From: Candidatus Omnitrophota bacterium
Lineage (GTDB): Bacteria > Omnitrophota > Gorgyraeia > Zapsychrales > Fredricksoniimonadaceae
Length of the DNA: 64,000 nucleotides
Reading direction: 5' to 3'
Assembly (NCBI GenBank): GCA_963828495.1
Contig: CAWHFJ010000016.1
Coordinates: forward strand, 85,353 to 149,352
The position numbers and the translations under genes are program-made. Shown one piece after another: positions 60,088 through 64,000 of the stretch (positions are counted from its first letter, which is position 1; each line of letters starts with the position of its first letter). The notes under the pieces were generated by a model. It had not been told where the DNA came from. It saw nothing but the letters and a program-made list of their open reading frames with translations, and did no database searches.

Positions 60088-61094
60088 GGTTAGTAAACTC
60101 CTTTAATTCTTCCAGTTTGTGCAAGGCCCGTTTGGAATCAATGGCATGCTCTGCCATACGCATACCCTGCTTTAAAGTATCCACCACCCGGGTCATATAA
60201 AGCGCATACGCGGCATTGACGATGACGATATCGCGCTTAGGCCCCCTCTCGCCTTTTAGAATTTTGTGTACAATGGCGGCATTCTCTAAGGCGTTGCCGC
60301 CTGCCAAATCCTCTATACGCGCACGGGCTATACCCAATTCATCAGGATCGATATCATAGCTGATAATGTCCAGCCCGTTAAATTCGCTGACAAAAGTTTT
60401 ATCCGTGATGGTAATTTCATCCAAGCCGTCATTGCCATGCACCACCAAAGCGCGTTTGAGCCCTAAATTTTTCAACACCTGGGCCATGGGTTCGACTAAT
60501 TCACGGCTGTATACCCCCATGATCTGGTGGGTGGCCCGCGCCGGGTTAGTCAATGGCCCTAATATATTAAAAATAGTTTTGACCCCCAGCTCCTGGCGGG
60601 CGCCGGCGACATTTTTCATGGCCGGATGCAAACGCTGGGCAAATAAAAAAGCCAAGCCAATGGTGTCCAAAGATTCGCTTAAATACTTTTCTTCCATATT
60701 CACATTGAATGCCCAACGCTTCCAACACATCCGCGCTGCCGCAGAGGCTGGAAACACGGCGGTTGCCGTGTTTGGCCACCACCACCCCGCAGGCCGCGAC
60801 AACAATGGCCGTTACCGTCGATATATTAAAAGTATTTTTATGGTCCCCACCGGTACCGACGACATCCAGAATAACTTCGTGACGGGTTTTAACCGGTATC
60901 ACAAATTTGCGCATGATCAAGGCAGAGGCGGTGATCTCCTCGATCGTCGGCCCTTTTTTATTGAGCTGTGAGAGAAAATCCTTAATATCCTCTAAAGGCA
61001 CTTGGCCCGACATAATCAGCTCCATGACAACAGTGATTTCGTCCGGCTCAAGGTTCTCTCCCTGCCGTATTTGTTTAATATAATCGCGCATCAT
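60077..61094 (-). pseudogene. trpD: Anthranilate phosphoribosyltransferase TrpD, frameshifted as assembled
   Basis: VVGTGGDHKNTFNISTVTAIVVAACGVVVAKHGNR..SS..GSADVLEALGI then, one frame over, NVNMEEKYLSESLDTIGLAFLFAQRLHPAMKNV...GPLTNPA. The junction is near 60705-60710. Confidence 0.88.
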
Positions 61095-61657
61095 AGTTGA
61101 AGGAAATTCCTGAGGATGTTGATGCCTTGTTTAGTCAAAATCGACTCCGGATGAAACTGTACGCCGTAGATCGGATAGGTTTTATGTTGCACGCCCATGA
61201 TTTCTCTGTCGTCAGTGCTTTTAGCTGTAATGTCAAGGTCCTGTGGCACATGCCGAGCGTCAATGACTAAAGAATGATAACGGGTGGCTTCAAAGGGGTT
61301 GGGTAGATTGGCAAAAATCCCCCGACCATTGTGTTTGATCATGGATGTCTTACCATGCATCAGACGTTTGGCACTTATAATCTTGCCGCCAAAGGCATAG
61401 CCAATCGCCTGATGCCCCAAACAGACACCCAAGAGGGGGATGTCAGGCCCCAATTCTTTGATAATATCCACCGAGATGCCCGCATCTTCCGGGCGACCCG
61501 GCCCCGGAGAAATGACGATTTTTTGAGGCTTCATCTTGCGGATACGATCGACAGTCAACGCATCATTGCGAAAGACTTTGACCTGGGCCTTAAGCGAGCC
61601 GAGATACTGCACAAGGTTGTAGGTAAATGAATCGTAATTATCGATTATTAAAATCAT
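61091..61657 (-). CDS. trpG: Anthranilate synthase component II / glutamine amidotransferase TrpG
   Basis: MILIIDNYDSFTYNLVQYLG, ISPGPGRP, the nucleophile motif LLGVCLGHQ, and GVQFHPES. The start is taken at ATG 61657. Confidence 0.9.
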   Translation of the reverse strand: MILIIDNYDSFTYNLVQYLGSLKAQVKVFRNDALTVDRIRKMKPQKIVISPGPGRPEDAGISVDIIKELGPDIPLLGVCLGHQAIGYAFGGKIISAKRLMHGKTSMIKHNGRGIFANLPNPFEATRYHSLVIDARHVPQDLDITAKSTDDREIMGVQHKTYPIYGVQFHPESILTKQGINILRNFLQL

Positions 61658-61722
61658 AAAATCTCCGTGCAGCAATCTCTACTATAGCGGGGCCTGGCTC
61701 GGCTTTGCTATTAAGGCGCTCC

Positions 61723-62982
61723 TCACTCTTTCTCTCTATAAACTTTGGCGCCAATACCCGTTAACTTTCCGTCGAGATTTTCATAACCGCGGTCTAAATG
61801 ATAAATACGGTAAATTTCAGTTTTGCCCTGTGCCACCAGCCCTGCGATGACTAAGGCCGCCGAAGCCCGCAGGTCGGAAGCCATGACCGGGGCTCCGTAT
61901 AAACGTTTGATCCCCTCAACAATGGCAACACCGGCATCCCGGCGAATCTGAGCGCCCATACGGTTAAGCTCGGCAATATGCATAAAACGGTCCGGAAAAA
62001 CCCGGTCGGTAATGATACTCACCCCCGGCGTGATCGCCATCAAAGCCATATATTGGGCCTGCAAATCCGTCGGAAAACCCGGATGAGGATGAGTGACAAT
62101 ATTGGCAGGATGCAACGTTTTCTTGCATTTGACGCGTATATCCGCCCCATCTTTATGCACCTGGACTCCGATAGAATGTAATTTATCAATTAACGCCAAC
62201 AGATGATTATAATGCGCATCTTTGACTAAAATATCCGCTTTTGCCGCGGCCGCCAGCAGCAGGAATGTCCCGGCTTCAATACGGTCAGAACCCATTTTAT
62301 AGCCGGTCCCATTTAATTTACGCACCCCATTGATCACAATCCGAGGAGTGCCTTGCCCTTGAATCTTGGCACCCATAGCACTTAAAAAATTCCCCAAATC
62401 TTCGATTTCAGGTTCACAGGCCGCAGACTCAATGATCGTCTCCCCATAAGCTAAACTCGCCGCCATCATCACATTGGCAGTCGCCAAGACCGACGAGCCA
62501 AAGGTGCCGCCTAAATACATTTGGGCGCCTTTAAGCTTGTGCGCCCGGGCTAACACATAACCCCCTTCAAAATCCGCCTTGACTCCCAAAGCCATAATAC
62601 CCTTCATATGTAAATCAATCGGCCGCACACCAATCACGCAACCGCCGGGCATAGACACCTTGGCGTGTCCTAATTTGGCCAGCAAAGGTCCCAGGACGCA
62701 AAAAGAACCGCGCATGGTTGATACCAATTTATAATCCGCCACATGATTATTAGTGCTGCCGGAAATGGTCACTTTATTATTACCTATTTCAACTGTCTTG
62801 CCTAATGAGCGCAACAATTTGCACATGGTTAAAATATCACGCAATTTAGGGATATTACGGATTTCACAAACGCCGTCAGTCAATAGCGTCGCCGCTAAAA
62901 TCGGTAAGGTCGCGTTTTTGGAGCCGCTGACTTTGATTTCCCCCTTAAGGGGCCTGCCGCCTTCAATAATAAACTTTTCCAT
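61723..62982 (-). CDS. murA: UDP-N-acetylglucosamine 1-carboxyvinyltransferase MurA
   Basis: MEKFIIEGGRPLKGEIKVSGSKNATLPILAATLL...PGGCVIGVRPIDLH...FPTDLQAQ...YHLDRGYE. The longer ORF to 63129 overlaps prmC and is rejected. Confidence 0.92.
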   Translation of the reverse strand: MEKFIIEGGRPLKGEIKVSGSKNATLPILAATLLTDGVCEIRNIPKLRDILTMCKLLRSLGKTVEIGNNKVTISGSTNNHVADYKLVSTMRGSFCVLGPLLAKLGHAKVSMPGGCVIGVRPIDLHMKGIMALGVKADFEGGYVLARAHKLKGAQMYLGGTFGSSVLATANVMMAASLAYGETIIESAACEPEIEDLGNFLSAMGAKIQGQGTPRIVINGVRKLNGTGYKMGSDRIEAGTFLLLAAAAKADILVKDAHYNHLLALIDKLHSIGVQVHKDGADIRVKCKKTLHPANIVTHPHPGFPTDLQAQYMALMAITPGVSIITDRVFPDRFMHIAELNRMGAQIRRDAGVAIVEGIKRLYGAPVMASDLRASAALVIAGLVAQGKTEIYRIYHLDRGYENLDGKLTGIGAKVYREKE

Positions 62983-62993
62983 GAATACTCTCC

Positions 62994-63767
62994 TTATACA
63001 ACAGCCCTGATAATCCTGTCCCGTCCTGCCAAATCTTGAATAATCTCTATACCTGAAAAAATATTCTGACTTCCAATAAGCTTTTGGATGGGTCCTGCTT
63101 GTCCGTCGCCAAACTCCATCATAAGGCAACCGTGCCCACTTAGCAAGTAGGGAGTATATTTTATAATAATCCGGTAAAAATTCAAGCCATCCTCTCTGCC
63201 ATCTAAAGCCATGGCAGGTTCTTTTTGCACATCCCGCGGCAGTTGACTCAACTGGTCTGTGGGAATATACGGCGGATTGGAAATGATTAGGTCGAAGGTA
63301 TCCTTCCCCGATGATGCTAAGTATTCATTGAAATCTTTCTGAACGAATTCAATACGATCCTCAACCCCATGCTGTCGGGCATTGGCTCGGGCGACTTGGA
63401 GTGCCTGGGCCGAAACATCAACGCTGATTATGTGCGATTGCGGGACAAATTTGGCCAAGGCAATCGCCATATTGCCTGAGCCTGTGCCTAAATCCAAAGC
63501 CCTCCCGCCCTTAAAATATTTAAGCGCCGCGTCAACCAACTGCTCGGTCTCAGGCCTTGGAATCAAGACTGATGGGTTGACCTTAAGCTCCAAGCCCATA
63601 AAATTGCACGTACCCAAAATATACTGCAAAGGCTCTCCGGCCTGACGGCGGGCTTTGTACTCTTCAAATTGTTTTTGTTGGGCAGAGGTTAATACAGGCT
63701 TATTCAGGACCAAATCAATGGCGCGGCATTGCAAGATATGTGTGAGGATAATTTCGTCTTCGGACAT
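62994..63767 (-). CDS. prmC: Release-factor glutamine N5-methyltransferase PrmC/HemK
   Basis: EPLQYILG...F.GLEL.V...VLIPRPETE, LDLGTGSG and IISNPPYIP motifs. It lies immediately downstream of prfA. Confidence 0.9.
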   Translation of the reverse strand: MSEDEIILTHILQCRAIDLVLNKPVLTSAQQKQFEEYKARRQAGEPLQYILGTCNFMGLELKVNPSVLIPRPETEQLVDAALKYFKGGRALDLGTGSGNMAIALAKFVPQSHIISVDVSAQALQVARANARQHGVEDRIEFVQKDFNEYLASSGKDTFDLIISNPPYIPTDQLSQLPRDVQKEPAMALDGREDGLNFYRIIIKYTPYLLSGHGCLMMEFGDGQAGPIQKLIGSQNIFSGIEIIQDLAGRDRIIRAVV

Positions 63768-63775
63768 ATAGTAAT

Positions 63776-63832
63776 GGGGACACTTCCATCGTAACTCTAT
63801 ATTTTTCTAGGCCCCAAGTGGAAACGGTCCAA
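63776..63832 (-). repeat. Intergenic repeat copy C, in the prfA-prmC spacer
   Basis: Minus strand: TTGGACCGTTTCCACTTGGGGCCTAGAAAAATATAGAGTTACGATGGAAGTGTCCCC, ending 8 nt before the prmC ATG. Confidence 0.85.
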
Positions 63833-63841
63833 CAAAAGGGG

Positions 63842-64000
63842 TTAGTTGATCTGCGCCTGCTCTTTGAGTTCCTTTTCAGCCGCTATCAGGGCATTGGTCA
63901 ATTCATCCATATCACCGTTGAGGATCGCCTCCAGCTGATGGCTGGTAAATCCGATGCGGTGATCTGTCACGCGCCTGTCGGGGAAATTATACGTGCGGAT
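63842..64000 (-). CDS. prfA: Peptide chain release factor 1, C-terminal fragment (the 5' part lies outside the window)
   Basis: Own translation: [52 protein letters not shown]. This is the conserved RF1 C-terminus. Confidence 0.9.
   Translation of the reverse strand: MRTYNFPDRRVTDHRIGFTSHQLEAILNGDMDELTNALIAAEKELKEQAQIN

Noticed and set aside
881-61094. Programmed ribosomal frameshifting or transcriptional slippage as an explanation for the split genes.
   Set aside because: There are no shared slippery heptamers or downstream structures. The sites differ in sequence, and about half are not in homopolymers. The runs are short (3-7 nt) compared with the long poly(A) tracts known to support slippage. 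The affected genes (trpD, menF, purU, cheA and others) are not known to use recoding.
7852-63832. Whether the four repeat copies could be a CRISPR array or CRISPR remnants.
   Set aside because: The copies are 42 kb and 14 kb apart rather than regularly spaced. They are about 57 nt long with internal A-rich variable parts, two are in inverted orientation, and no cas genes are present.

Overview
A densely packed bacterial chromosomal segment. About 60 genes are on the minus strand and one is on the plus strand, and many gene pairs have 1-11 nt overlaps. I cannot identify the lineage from the sequence. Gene order from left to right:

- ExbB/ExbD plus a TPR protein.
- An orphan protein with an HPr-kinase-like P-loop.
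- An aromatic 2-oxoacid module: iorA, iorB, paaK, an ACT-domain gene, a PaaI thioesterase and a Zn alcohol dehydrogenase.
- A co-directional block of about 22 kb. A type II secretion / type IV pilus-like machine (secretin, ATPase, platform protein, 4 pseudopilins, PilMN and PilOP-like proteins) is flanked by sensor kinases, about 9 receiver domains and a B12-radical SAM enzyme, and is followed directly by MCP, cheW, two cheY genes and cheA.
- opgG and opgH, purU, two aldolases, and several small secreted proteins.
- A polytopic TPR membrane protein, tRNA-Ser(GGA), an ABC-F ATPase, and a DEAD-box helicase (the only plus-strand gene).
- A DUF3857/transglutaminase-like protein and a Pif1-like helicase.
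- ubiE, menF and menD; a 1313-aa multidomain protein; an HAD-like gene; trpG, trpD, trpC and trpF; murA, prmC, and the end of prfA.

Two observations go beyond ordinary annotation:

1. At least 21 single-nucleotide frameshifts break 18 otherwise well-conserved genes. Eighteen are insertion-type and 3 are deletion-type, and about half sit in homopolymer runs. Three long stretches have none (16.3-32.4 kb, 40.1-48.4 kb and 53.6-60.0 kb).
2. A repeat family of about 57 nt has four copies, two of them arranged head-to-head as a 133-bp inverted-repeat unit. It sits between co-directional genes and supplies the stop codon and a GPFPxGP tail to two upstream genes.

All calls rest on my own translation and recognition of family motifs. 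No searches were run.
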